Origin: Eledone cirrhosa
Taxonomy: Eukaryota
Assembly (NCBI GenBank): GCA_964016885.1
Contig: OZ024744.1
Span: 127,100,001-127,164,000 of the forward strand
Direction of reading: 5' to 3'
Length of the DNA stretch: 64,000 bases
Shown here: in pieces, positions 36,001-48,995 of the stretch
How the letters are laid out: each line of letters opens with the position of its first letter
How positions within the stretch are numbered: the first letter of the stretch is position 1
The notes under the pieces: model-generated
Databases searched by the model: none
What the model was told of the DNA's origin: nothing
The model's input: only the letters and a program-made list of their open reading frames with translations
Position numbers and translations under genes: made by a program

Positions 36001-39000
36001 GGGGGCAAGTTAAGTTGGGGTTAATTTAAGTTGGGGTTAAGTTAAGTTGGGGTTATGTTAAGTTGGGGTTAAGTTAAGTTGGGGTTAAGTTAAGTTGGGG
36101 GTAAGTTAAGTTGGGTGTAAGTTAAGTTGGGGTTAAGTTAAGTTGGGGTTAAGTTAAGTTGGGGTTAAGTTAAGTTGGGGTTGAGTTAATTTGGGGTTAA
36201 GTTAAGTTGGGGTTAAGTTAAGTTGGGGTTAAGTTGGGGTTAAGTTAAGTTGGGGTTAAGTTAATTTGGGGGTAGGTTAAGTTGGGGGCAATTTAAGTTG
36301 GGGTTAAGTTAAGTTGGGGTTAAGTTAAGTTGGGTTTAAGTTAAGTTGGGGCTAAGTTAAGTTGGGGCTAAGTTAAGTTGGGGCTGAGTTAAGTTGGGGT
36401 TAAGTTAAGTTGGGGTTGAGTTAAGTTGGGGTTATGTTAAGTTAGGGTTGAGTTAAGTTGGGGTTGAGTTAAGTTGGGGTTGAGTTAAGTTGGGGTTAAG
36501 TTAAGTTGGCGTTAAGTTAAGTTGGGGTTAAGTTAAGTTGGGGTTAAGTTAATTTGCGGTTAAGTTAGGTTGTGGGTTAAGTTAAGTTGGGGTTAAGTTA
36601 AGCTGGGGTTAAGTTGGGGTAAGTTAAGTTGGGGTTAAGTTAAGTTGGGGTTAAGTTAAGTTGGGGTTAAGTTAAGTTGGGGTTAAGTTAAGTTGGGGTT
36701 AAGTTAAGTTGGGGTTGAGTTAAGTTGGGGTTGAGTTAAGTTGGGGTTAAGTTAAGTGGGGTTAAGTTAAGTTGGGGTTAAGTTAAGTTGGGGGTAAGTT
36801 AAGTTGGGGTTAAGTTAATTTGCGGTTAAGTTAGGTTGTGGGTTAAGTTAAGTTGAGGTTAAGTTAAGCTGGGGTTAAGTTGGGGTAAGTTAAGTTGGGG
36901 TTAAGTTAAGTTGGGGTTAAGTTAAGTTGGGGTTAAATTAAGTTGGGGTTAAGTTAAGTTGGGGTTATGTTAAGTTGGGGTTAAGTTAAGTTGCGGTTAA
37001 GTTAAGTTGGGGTTAAGTTAAGTTGGGGTTAAGTTAAGTTGGGGTTAAGTTAAGTTGGAGTTAAGTTAAGTTGGGGTTAACTTAAGTTGGGGTTAAGTTG
37101 GGGTTAAGTTAAGTTGGGGTTAAGTTAAGTTGGGGGTTAGTTAAGTTGGGGGCAAGTTAAGTTGGGGTTAATTTAAGTTGGGGTTAAGTTAAGTTGGGGT
37201 TATGCTAAGTTGGGGTTAAGTTAAGTTGGGGTTAAGTTAAGTTGGGGGTAAGTTAAGTTGGGGTTAAGTTAAGTTGGGGGTAAGTTGAGTTGGGGGTAAG
37301 TTAAGTTGAGGGTAAGTTAAGTTGGGGTTAAGTTAAGTTGGGGTTAAATTGAGTTGGGGGTAAGTTAAGTTGGGGGTAAGTTAAGTTGGGGTTAAGTTAA
37401 GTTGGGGTTAAGTTAAGTTGGGGTTAAGTTAAGGTGGGGGTAAGTTAAGTTGGGGTTAAGTTAATTTGCGGTTAAGTTAGGTTGTGGGTTAAGTTAAGTT
37501 GGGGTTAAGTTAAGCTGGGGTTAAGTTGGGGTAAGTTAAGTTGGGGTTAAGTTAAGTTGGGGTTAAGTTAAGTTGGGGTTAAGTTAAGTTGGGGGTAAGT
37601 TAAGTTGGGGTTAAGTTAAGTTGGGGTTAAGTTAAGTTGGGGTTAAGTTAAGTTGGGGGTAAGATAAGTTGGGGCTAAGTTAAGTTGGGGCTAATTCAAG
37701 TTGGGGTTAAGTCAAGTTGAGGTTAACTTAAGTTGGGGTTAAGTTAAGTTGGGGTTAAGTTAAGTTGGGGTTAAGGTAAGTTGGGGTTAAGTTAAGTTGG
37801 GGCTAAGTTAAGTTGGGGCTAAGTTAAGTTGGGGCTGAGTTAAGTTGGGGTTAAGTTGGGGTTGAGTTAATTTGGGGTTAAGTTAAGTTGGGATTAAGTT
37901 AAGTTGGGGTTAAGTTAAGTTCGGGTTGAGTTAAGTTGGGGTTAAGTTAAGTTGGGGTTAATTTAAGTTGGGGTTAAGTTAAGTTGGGGTTAAGATAAGT
38001 TGGGGTTAAGTTAAGTTGGGGTTAAGTTAAGTAGGGGTTGAGTTAATTTGGGGTTAAGTTAAGTTGGGGTTAACTTAAGTTTGGGTTAAGTTAAGTTGGG
38101 GTTAAATTAAGTTGGGGGTAAGTTAAGTTGGGTGCAAGTTGAGTTGGGGTTAAGTTAAGTTGGGGTTAAGTTAAGGTGGGGGTAAGTTAAGTTGGGGGTA
38201 AGTTAAGTTGGGGTTAAGTTAAGTTGGGGTTAAGTTAAGTTGGGTTTAAGTTAAGTTGGGGCTAAGTTAAGTTGGGGCTAAGTTAAGTTGGGGTTAAGTT
38301 AAGTTGGGGGTAGGTTAAGTTGGGGTTAAGTTAAGCTGGGGTTAAGTTGGGGTAAGTTAAGTTGGGGGTAAGTTAAGTTGGGGTTAAGTTATGTTGGGGT
38401 TAAGTTAAGTTGGGGTTGAGTTAAGTTGGGGTTGAGTTAAGTTGGGGTTGAATTAAGTTGGGGTTGAGTTAAGTTGGGGTTAAGTTAAGTTGGGGTTAAG
38501 TTAAGTTGGGGGTAAGTTAAGTTGGGGTTAAGTTAAGTTGGGGTTAAGTTAAGTTGGGGTTAAGTTAAGTTGGGGTTAAGTTAAGTTGGGGTTAAGTTAA
38601 GTTGGGGGTTAGTTAAGTTGGGGGCAAGTTAAGTTGGGGTTAATTTAAGTTGGGGTTAAGTTAAGTTGGGGTTATGTTAAGTTGGGGTTAAGTTAAGTTG
38701 GGGTTAAGTTAAGTTGGGGGTAAGTTAAGTTGGGGTTAAGTTAAGTTGGGGGTAAGTTAAGTTGAGGGTAAGTTAAGTTGGGGTTAAGTTAAGTTGGGGT
38801 TAAATTAAGTTGGGGGTAAGTTAAGTTGGGGGTAAGTTAAGTTGGGGTTAAGTTAAGTTGGGGTTAAGTTAAGTTGAGGTTAAGTTAAGTTGGGGTTAAG
38901 TTAAATTGGGGTTAATTTAAGTTGGGGGTAAGATAAGTTGGGGCTAAGTTAAGTTGGGGCTAAGTCAAGTTGGGGTTAAGTCAAGTTGAGGTTAACTTAA

Positions 39001-42000
39001 GTTGGGGTTATGTTAAGTTGGGGTTAAGTTGGGGCTAAGTTAAGTTGGGGCTGAGTTAAGTTGGGGTTAAGTTAAGTTGGGGTTGAGTTAAGTTGGGGTT
39101 AAGTTAAGTTGGGATTAAGTTAAGTTGGGGTTAAGTTAAGTTCGGCTTGAGTTAAGTTGGGGTTAAGTTAAGTTGGGGTTAATTTATTGTTGGGGTTAAG
39201 TTAAGTTGGGGTTAAGATAAGTTGGGGTTAAGTTAAGTTGGGGTTAAGTTAAGTTGGGGTTGAGTTAATTTGGGGTTAAGTTAAGTTGGGGTTAAATTAA
39301 GTTGGGGTTAAGTTGGGGTTAAGTTAAGTTGGGATTAAGTTAAGTTGGGGGTAGGTTAAGTTGGGGGCAAGTTAAGTTGGGTTTAAGTTAAGTTGGGGCT
39401 AAGTTAAGTTGGGGCTAAGTTAAGTTGGGGCTGAGTTAAGTTGGGGTTAAGTTAAGTTGGGGTTGAGTTAAGTTGGGGTTGAGTTAAGTTGGGGTTATGT
39501 TAAGTTAGGGTTGAGTTAAGTTGGGGTTGAGTTAAGTTGGGGTTGAGTTAAGTTGGGGTTAAGTTAAGTTGGCGTTAAGTTAAGTTGGGGTTAAGTTAAG
39601 TTGGGGTTAAGTTAATTTGCGGTTAAGTTAGGTTGTGGGTTAAGTTAAGTTGGGGTTAAGTTAAGCTGGGGTTAAGTTGGGGTAAGTTAAGTTGGGGTTA
39701 AGTTAAGTCGGGGTTAAGTTAAGTTGGGGTTAAGTTAAGTTGGGGGTAAGTTAAGTTGGGGGCAAGTTAAGTTGGGGTTAAGTTAAGTTGGGGTTAAGTT
39801 GGGGTTAAGTTAAGTTGGGGTTAAGTTAAGTTGGGGTTAAGTTAAGTTAGGGTTAATTTCAGTTGGGGTTATGTTAAGTTGGGGATAAGTTAAGTTGGGG
39901 TTAAGTTAAAGTTGGTGTTAAGTTAAGTTGGGGTTAAGTTAAGTTAGGGTTAATTTCAGTTGGGGTTATGTTAAGTTGGGGTTAAGTTAAGTTGGGGTTA
40001 AGTTAAGTTGGAGGTAAGTTAAGTGGGGTGTAAGTTAAGTTGGGGTTAAGTTAAGTTGGGGTTCAGTTCAGTTGGGGTTATGTTAAGTTGGGGTTAAGTT
40101 AAGCTGGGGGTAAGTTAAGTTGGGTGTAAGTTAAGTTGGGGTTAAGTTAAGTTGGGGTTAAGTTAAGTTGGGGGTTAGTTAAGTTGGGGGCAAGTTAAGT
40201 TGGGGTTAATTTAAGTTGGGGTTAAGTTAAGTTGGGGTTATGTTAAGTTGGGGTTAAGTTAAGTTGGGGTTAAGTTAAGTTGGGGGTAAGTTAAGTTGGG
40301 GTTAAGTTAAGTTGGGGGTAAGTTAAGTTGAGGGTAAGTTAAGTTGGGGTTAAGTTAAGTTGGGGTTAAATTAAGTTGGGGGTAAGTTAAGTTGGGGGTA
40401 AGTTAAGTTGGGGTTAAGTTAAGTTGGGGTTAAATTAAGTTGGGGTTAAGTTAAGTTGGAGTTAAGTTAAGTTGGGGTTAACTTAAGTTGGGGTTAAGTT
40501 GGGGTTAAGTTAAGTTGGGGTTAAGTTAAGTTGGGGGTTAGTTAAGTTGGGGGCAAGTTAAGTTGGGGTTAATTTAAGTTGGGGTTAAGTTAAGTTGGGG
40601 TTATGCTAAGTTGGGGTTAAGTTAAGTTGGGGTTAAGTTAAGTTGGGGGTAAGTTAAGTTGGGGTTAAGTTAAGTTGGGGGTAAGTTGAGTTGGGGGTAA
40701 GTTAAGTTGAGGGTAAGTTAAGTTGGGGTTAAGTTAAGTTGGGGTTAAATTGAGTTGGGGGTAAGTTAAGTTGGGGGTAAGTTAAGTTGGGGTTAAGTTA
40801 AGTTGGGGTTAAGTTAAGTTGGGGTTAAGTTAAGGTGGGGGTAAGTTAAGTTGGGGTTAAGTTAATTTGCGGTTAAGTTAGGTTGTGGGTTAAGTTAAGT
40901 TGGGGTTAAGTTAAGCTGGGGTTAAGTTGGGGTAAGTTAAGTTGGGGTTAAGTTAAGTTGGGGTTAAGTTAAGTTGGGGTTAAGTTAAGTTGGGGGTAAG
41001 TTAAGTTGGGGTTAAGTTAAGTTGGGGTTAAGTTAAGTTGGGGTTAAGTTAAGTTGGGGGTAAGATAAGTTGGGGCTAAGTTAAGTTGGGGCTAAGTCAA
41101 GTTGGGGTTAAGTCAAGTTGAGGTTAACTTAAGTTGGGGTTAAGTTAAGTTGGGGTTAAGTTAAGTTGGGGTTAAGGTAAGTTGGGGTTAAGTTAAGTTG
41201 GGGCTAAGTTAAGTTGGGGCTAAGTTAAGTTGGGGCTGAGTTAAGTTGGGGTTAAGTTGGGGTTGAGTTAATTTGGGGTTAAGTTAAGTTGGGATTAAGT
41301 TAAGTTGGGGTTAAGTTAAGTTCGGGTTGAGTTAAGTTGGGGTTAAGTTAAGTTGGGGTTAATTTAAGTTGGGGTTAAGTTAAGTTGGGGTTAAGATAAG
41401 TTGGGGTTAAGTTAAGTTGGGGTTAAGTTAAGTAGGGGTTGAGTTAATTTGGGGTTAAGTTAAGTTGGGGTTAACTTAAGTTTGGGTTAAGTTAAGTTGG
41501 GGTTAAATTAAGTTGGGGGTAAGTTAAGTTGGGTGCAAGTTGAGTTGGGGTTAAGTTAAGTTGGGGTTAAGTTAAGGTGGGGGTAAGTTAAGTTGGGGGT
41601 AAGTTAAGTTGGGGTTAAGTTAAGTTGGGGTTAAGTTAAGTTGGGTTTAAGTTAAGTTGGGGCTAAGTTAAGTTGGGGCTAAGTTAAGTTGGGGTTAAGT
41701 TAAGTTGGGGGTAGGTTAAGTTGGGGTTAAGTTAAGCTGGGGTTAAGTTGGGGTAAGTTAAGTTGGGGGTAAGTTAAGTTGGGGTTAAGTTATGTTGGGG
41801 TTAAGTTAAGTTGGGGTTGAGTTAAGTTGGGGTTGAGTTAAGTTGGGGTTGAATTAAGTTGGGGTTGAGTTAAGTTGGGGTTAAGTTAAGTTGGGGTTAA
41901 GTTAAGTTGGGGGTAAGTTAAGTTGGGGTTAAGTTAAGTTGGGGTTAAGTTAAGTTGGGGTTAAGTTAAGTTGGGGTTAAGTTAAGTTGGGGGTTAGTTA

Positions 42001-45000
42001 AGTTGGGGGCAAGTTAAGTTGGGGTTAATTTAAGTTGGGGTTAAGTTAAGTTGGGGTTATGTTAAGTTGGGGTTAAGTTAAGTTGGGGTTAAGTTAAGTT
42101 GGGGGTAAGTTAAGTTGGGGTTAAGTTAAGTTGGGGGTAAGTTAAGTTGAGGGTAAGTTAAGTTGGGGTTAAGTTAAGTTGGGGTTAAATTAAGTTGGGG
42201 GTAAGTTAAGTTGGGGGTAAGTTAAGTTGGGGTTAAGTTAAGTTGGGGTTAAGTTAAGTTGAGGTTAAGTTAAGTTGGGGTTAAGTTAAATTGGGGTTAA
42301 TTTAAGTTGGGGGTAAGATAAGTTGGGGCTAAGTTAAGTTGGGGCTAAGTCAAGTTGGGGTTAAGTCAAGTTGAGGTTAACTTAAGTTGGGGTTATGTTA
42401 AGTTGGGGTTAAGTTGGGGCTAAGTTAAGTTGGGGGCTGAGTTAAGTTGGGGTTAAGTTAAGTTGGGGTTGAGTTAAGTTGGGGTTAAGTTAAGTTGGGA
42501 TTAAGTTAAGTTGGGGTTAAGTTAAGTTCGGCTTGAGTTAAGTTGGGGTTAAGTTAAGTTGGGGTTAATTTATTGTTGGGGTTAAGTTAAGTTGGGGTTA
42601 AGATAAGTTGGGGTTAAGTTAAGTTGGGGTTAAGTTAAGTTGGGGTTGAGTTAATTTGGGGTTAAGTTAAGTTGGGGTTAAGTTAAGTTGGGATTAAGTT
42701 AAGTTGGGGGTAGGTTAAGTTGGGGGCAAGTTAAGTTGGGTTTAAGTTAAGTTGGGGCTAAGTTAAGTTGGGGCTAAGTTAAGTTGGGGCTGAGTTAAGT
42801 TGGGGTTAAGTTAAGTTGGGGTTGAGTTAAGTTGGGGTTGAGTTAAGTTGGGGTTATGTTAAGTTAGGGTTGAGTTAAGTTGGGGTTGAGTTAAGTTGGG
42901 GTTGAGTTAAGTTGGGGTTAAGTTAAGTTGGCGTTAAGTTAAGTTGGGGTTAAGTTAAGTTGGGGTTAAGTTAATTTGCGGTTAAGTTAGGTTGTGGGTT
43001 AAGTTAAGTTGGGGTTAAGTTAAGCTGGGGTTAAGTTGGGGTAAGTTAAGTTGGGGTTAAGTTAAGTCGGGGTTAAGTTAAGTTGGGGTTAAGTTAAGTT
43101 GGGGGTAAGTTAAGTTGGGGGCAAGTTAAGTTGGGGTTAAGTTAAGTTGGGGTTAAGTTGGGGTTAAGTTAAGTTGGGGTTAAGTTAAGTTGGGGTTAAG
43201 TTAAGTTAGGGTTAATTTCAGTTGGGGTTATGTTAAGTTGGGGATAAGTTAAGTTGGGGTTAAGTTAAAGTTGGGGTTAAGTTAAGTTGGGGTTAAGTTA
43301 AGTTAGGGTTAATTTCAGTTGGGGTTATGTTAAGTTGGGGTTAAGTTAAGTTGGGGTTAAGTTAAGTTGGAGGTAAGTTAAGTGGGGTGTAAGTTAAGTT
43401 GGGGTTAAGTTAAGTTGGGGTTCAGTTCAGTTGGGGTTATGTTAAGTTGGGGTTAAGTTAAGCTGGGGGTAAGTTAAGTTGGGTGTAAGTTAAGTTGGGG
43501 TTAAGTTAAGTTGGGGTTAAGTTAAGTTGGGGGTTAGTTAAGTTGGGGGCAAGTTAAGTTGGGGTTAATTTAAGTTGGGGTTAAGTTAAGTTGGGGTTAT
43601 GTTAAGTTGGGGTTAAGTTAAGTTGGGGTTAAGTTAAGTTGGGGGTAAGTTAAGTTGGGGTTAAGTTAAGTTGGGGGTAAGTTAAGTTGAGGGTAAGTTA
43701 AGTTGGGGTTAAGTTAAGTTGGGGTTAAATTAAGTTGGGGTTAAGTTAAGTTGGGGGTAAGTTAAGTTGGGGTTAAGTTAAGTTGGGGTTAAATTAAGTT
43801 GAGGTTAAGTTAAGTTGGGGTTAAGTTAAATTGGGGTTAATTTAAGTTGGGGGTAAGATAAGTTGGGGTTAAGTTAAGTTGGGGTTAAGATAAGTTGGGG
43901 TTAAGTTAAGTTGGGGTTAAGTTAAGTTGGGGTTGAGTTAATTTGGGGGTAGGTTAAGTTGGGGGCAAGTTAAGTTGGGGTTAAGTTAAGTTGGGGTTAA
44001 GTTAAGTTGGGTTTAAGTTAAGTTGGGGCTAAGTTAAGTTGGGGCTAAGTTAAGTTGGGGCTGAGTTAAGTTGGGGTTAAGTTAAGTTGGGGTTGAGTTA
44101 AGTTGGGGTTATGTTAAGTTAGGGTTGAATTAAGTTGGGGTTGAGTTAAGTTGGGGTTGAGTTAAGTTGGGGTTAAGTTAAGTTGGCGTTAAGTTAAGTT
44201 GGGGTTAAGTTAAGTTGGGGTTAAGTTAATTTGCGGTTAAGTTAGGTTGTGGGTTAAGTTAAGTTGGGGTTAAGTTAAGCTGGGGTTAAGTTGGGGTAAG
44301 TTAAGTTGGGGTTAAGTTAAGTTGGGGTTAAGTTAAGTTGGGGTTAAGTTAAGTTGGGGTTGAGTTAAGTTGGGGTTGAGTTAAGTTGGGGTTAAGTTAA
44401 GTTGGGGTTAAGTTAAGTTGGGGTTAAGTTAAGTTGGGGGTAAGTTAAGTTGGGGTTAAGTTAATTTGCGGTTAAGTTAGGTTGTGGGTTAAGTTAAGTT
44501 GGGGTTAAGTTAAGCTGGGGTTAAGTTGGGGTAAGTTAAGTTGGGGTTAAGTTAAGTTGGGGTTAAGTTAAGTTGGGGTTAAGTTAAGTTGGGGTTAAAT
44601 TAAGTTGGGGTTAAGTTAAGTTGGGGTTATGTTAAGTTGGGGTTAAGTTAAGTTGCGGTTAAGTTAAGTTGGGGTTAAGTTAAGTTGGGGTTAAGTTAAG
44701 TTGGGGTTAAGTTAAGTTGGAGTTAAGTTAAGTTGGGGTTAACTTAAGTTGGGGTTAAGTTGGGGTTAAGTTAAGTTGGGGTTAAGTTAAGTTGGGGGTT
44801 AGTTAAGTTGGGGGCAAGTTAATTGGGGTTAATTTAAGTTGGGGTTAAGTTAAGTTGGGGTTATGCTAAGTTGGGGTTAAGTTAAGTTGGGGTTAAGTTA
44901 AGTTGGGGGTAAGTTAAGTTGGGGTTAAGTTAAGTTGGGGGTAAGTTAAGTTGGGGGTAAGTTAAGTTGAGGGTAAGTTAAGTTGGGGTTAAGTTAAGTT

Positions 45001-45070
45001 GGGGTTAAATTGAGTTGGGGGTAAGTTAAGTTGGGGGTAAGTTAAGTTGGGGTTAAGTTAAGTTGGGGTT
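33050..45070 (+). repeat. ~12 kb copy of 7680-19700
   Basis: Same markers at a constant offset of 25,371. Confidence 0.92.
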
Positions 45071-45094
45071 AAATTAAGTTGAGGTTAAGTTAAG

Positions 45095-48000
45095 TTGGGG
45101 TTAAGTTAAGTTGGGGTTAAGTTAAGTTGGGGGTAAGATAAGTTGGGGCTAAGTTAAGTTGGGGCTAAGTCAAGTTGGGGTTAAGTTAAGTTGGGGTTAA
45201 GTTAAGTTGGGGTTAAGGTAAGTTGGGGTTATGTTAAGTTGGGGCTAAGTTAAGTTGGGGCTAAGTTAAGTTGGGGCTGAGTTAAGTTGGGGTTAAGTTA
45301 AGTTGGGGTTGAGTTAAGTTGGGGTTAAGTTAAGTTGGGATTAAGTTAAGTTGGGGTTAAGTTAAGTTCGGCTTGAGTTAAGTTGGGGTTAAGTTAAGTT
45401 GGGGTTAATTTAAGTTGGGGTTAAGTTAAGTTGGGGTTAAGATAAGTTGGGGTTAAGTTAAGTTGGGGTTAAGTTAAGTTGGGGTTGAGTTAATTTGGGG
45501 TTAAGTTAAGTTGGGGTTAACTTAAGTTGGGGTTAAGTTGGGGTTAAGTTAAGTTGGGGTTAAGTTAAGTTGGGGGTAGGTTAAGTTGGGGGCAAGTTAA
45601 GTTGGGTTTAAGTTAAGTTGGGGTTAAGTTAAGTTGGGGGTAAGTTAAGTTGGGTTTAAGTTAAGTTGGGGTTAAGTTAAGTTGGGTTTAAGTTAAGTTG
45701 GGGCTAAGTTAAGTTGGGGCTAAGTTAAGTTGGGGCTGAGTTAAGTTGGGGTTAAGTTAAGTTGGGGTTGAGTTAAGTTGGGGTTATGTTAAGTTAGGGT
45801 TGAGTTAAGTTGGGGTTGAGTTAAGTTGGGGTTGAGTTAAGTAGGGGTTAAGTTAAGTTGGCGTTAAGTTAAGTTTGGGTTAAGTTAAGTTGGGGTCAAG
45901 TTAATTTGCGGTTAAGTTAGGTTGTGGGTTAAGTTAAGTTGGGGTTAAGTTAATCTGGGGTTAAGTTGGGGTAAGTTAAGTTGGGGGTAAATTAAGTTGG
46001 GGTTAAGTTAAGTTGGGGTTAAGTTAAGTTGGGGTTGAGTTAAGTTGGGGTTGAGTTAAGTTGGGGTTGATTTAAGTTGGGGTTGAGTTAAGTTGGGGTT
46101 AAGTTAAGTTGGGGTTAAGTTAAGTTGGGGGTAAGTTAAGTTGGGGTTAAGTTAAGTTGGGGTTAAGTTAAGTTGGGGTTAAGTTAAGTTGGGGTTAAGT
46201 TAAGTTGGGGTTTAGTTAAGTTGGGGGTTAGTTAAGTTGGGGGCAAGTTAAGTTGGGGTTAATTTAAGTTGGGGTTAAGTTAAGTTGGGGTTATGTTAAG
46301 TTGGGGTTAAGTTAAGTTGGGGTTAAGTTAAGTTGGGGGTAAGTTAAGTTGGGTGTAAGTTAAGTTGGGGTTAAGTTAAGTTGGGGTTAAGTTAAGTTGG
46401 GGGTTAGTTGAGTTGGGGGCAAGTTAAGTTGGGGTTATGTTAAGTTGGGGTTAAGTTAAGTTGGGGTTAAGTTAAGTTGGGGGTAAGTTAAGTTGGGGTT
46501 AAGTTAAGTTGGGGGTAAGTTAAGTTGAGGGTAAGTTAAGTTGGGGTTAAGTTAAGTTGGGGTTAAATTAAGTTGGGGGTAAGTTAAGTTGGGGGTAAGT
46601 TAAGTTGGGGTTAAGTTGGGGTTAAATTAATTTGAGGTTAAGTTAAGTTGGGGTTAAGTTAAATTGGGGTTAATTTAAGTTGGGGGTAAGATAAGTTGGG
46701 GTTAAGTTAAGTTGGGGTTAAGATAAGTTGGGGTTAAGTTAAGTTGGGGTTAAGTTAAGTTGGGGTTGAGTTAATTTGGGGTTAAGTTAAGTTGGGGTTA
46801 AGTTAAGTTGGGGTTAAGTTGGGGTTAAGTTAAGTTGGGGTTAAGTTAATTTGGGGGTAGGTTAAGTTGGGGGCAATTTAAGTTGGGGTTAAGTTAAGTT
46901 GGGGTTAAGTTAAGTTGGGTTTAAGTTAAGTTGGGGCTAAGTTAAGTTGGGGCTAAGTTAAGTTGGGGCTGAGTTAAGTTGGGGTTAAGTTAAGTTGGGG
47001 TTGAGTTAAGTTGGGGTTATGTTAAGTTAGGGTTGAGTTAAGTTGGGGTTGAGTTAAGTTGGGGTTGAGTTAAGTTGGGGTTAAGTTAAGTTGGCGTTAA
47101 GTTAAGTTGGGGTTAAGTTAAGTTGGGGTTAAGTTAATTTGCGGTTAAGTTAGGTTGTGGGTTAAGTTAAGTTGGGGTTAAGTTAAGCTGGGGTTAAGTT
47201 GGGGTAAGTTAAGTTGGGGTTAAGTTAAGTTGGGGTTAAGTTAAGTTGGGGTTAAGTTAAGTTGGGGTTAAGTTAAGTTGGGGTTAAATTAAGTTGGGGT
47301 TGAGTTAAGTTGGGGTTGAGTTAAGTTGGGGTTAAGTTAAGTGGGGTTAAGTTAAGTTGGGGTTAAGTTAAGTTGGGGGTAAGTTAAGTTGGGGTTAAGT
47401 TAATTTGCGGTTAAGTTAGGTTGTGGGTTAAGTTAAGTTGGGGTTAAGTTAAGCTGGGGTTAAGTTGGGGTAAGTTAAGTTGGGGTTAAGTTAAGTTGGG
47501 GTTAAGTTAAGTTGGGGTTAAATTAAGTTGGGGTTAAGTTAAGTTGGGGTTATGTTAAGTTGGGGTTAAGTTAAGTTGCGGTTAAGTTAAGTTGGGGTTA
47601 AGTTAAGTTGGGGTTAAGTTAAGTTGGGGTTAAGTTAAGTTGGGGTTAACTTAAGTTGGGGTTAAGTTGGGGTTAAGTTAAGTTGGGGTTAAGTTAAGTT
47701 GGGGGTTAGTTAAGTTGGGGGCAAGTTAAGTTGGGGTTAATTTAAGTTGGGGTTAAGTTAAGTTGGGGTTATGCTAAGTTGGGGTTAAGTTAAGTTGGGG
47801 TTAAGTTAAGTTGGGGGTAAGTTAAGTTGGGGTTAAGTTAAGTTGGGGGTAAGTTAAGTTGGGGGTAAGTTAAGTTGAGGGTAAGTTAAGTTGGGGTTAA
47901 GTTAAGTTGGGGTTAAATTGAGTTGGGGGTAAGTTAAGTTGGGGGTAAGTTAAGTTGGGGTTAAGTTAAGTTGGGGTTAAGTTAAGTTGGGGTTAAGTTA

Positions 48001-48995
48001 AGGTGGGGGTAAGTTAAGTTGGGGTTAAGTTAATTTGCGGTTAAGTTAGGTTGTGGGTTAAGTTAAGTTGGGGTTAAGTTAAGCTGGGGTTAAGTTGGGG
48101 TAAGTTAAGTTGGGGTTAAGTTGAGTTGGGGTTAAGTTAAGTTGGTGTTAAGTTAAGTTGGGGGTAAGTTAAGTTGGGGTTAAGTTAAGTTGGGGTTAAG
48201 TTAAGTTGGGGGTAAGATAAGTTGGGGCTAAGTTAAGTTGGGGCTAAGTCAAGTTGGGGTTAAGTCAAGTTGAGGTTAACTTAAGTTGGGGTTAAGTTAA
48301 GTTGGGGTTAAGTTAAGTTGGGGTTAAGGTAAGTTGGGGTTAAGTTAAGTTGGGGCTAAGTTAAGTTGGGGCTAAGTTAAGTTGGGGCTGAGTTAAGTTG
48401 GGGTTAAGTTGGGTTTGAGTTAATTTGGGGTTAAGTTAAGTTGGGATTAAGTTAAGTTGGGGTTAAGTTAAGTTCGGGTTGAGTTAAGTTGGGGTTAAGT
48501 TAAGTTGGGGTTAATTTAAGTTGGGGTTAAGTTAAGTTGGGGTTAAGATAAGTTGGGGTTAAGTTAAGTTGGGGTTAAGTTAAGTTGGGGTTGAGTTAAT
48601 TTGGGGTTAAGTTAAGTTGGGGTTAACTTAAGTTTGGGTTAAGTTAAGTTGGGGTTAAATTAAGTTGGGGGTAAGTTAAGTTGGGTGCAAGTTGAGTTGG
48701 GGTTAAGTTAAGTTGGGGTTAAGTTAAGGTGGGGGTAAGTTAAGTTGGGGGTAAGTTAAGTTGGGGTTAAGTTAAGTTGGGGTTAAGTTAAGTTGGGTTT
48801 AAGTTAAGTTGGGGCTAAGTTACGTTGGGGCTAAGTTAAGTTGGGGTTAAGTTAAGTTGGGGGTAGGTTAAGTTGGGGTTAAGTTAAGCTGGGGTTAAGT
48901 TGGGGTAAGTTAAGTTGGGGGTAAGTTAAGTTGGGGTTAAGTTATGTTGGGGTTAAGTTAAGTTGGGGTTAAGTTAAGTTGGGGTTAAGTTAAGT
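45095..48995 (+). repeat. Copy of ~29150-33050
   Basis: Same markers at offset 15,946. Confidence 0.9.
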
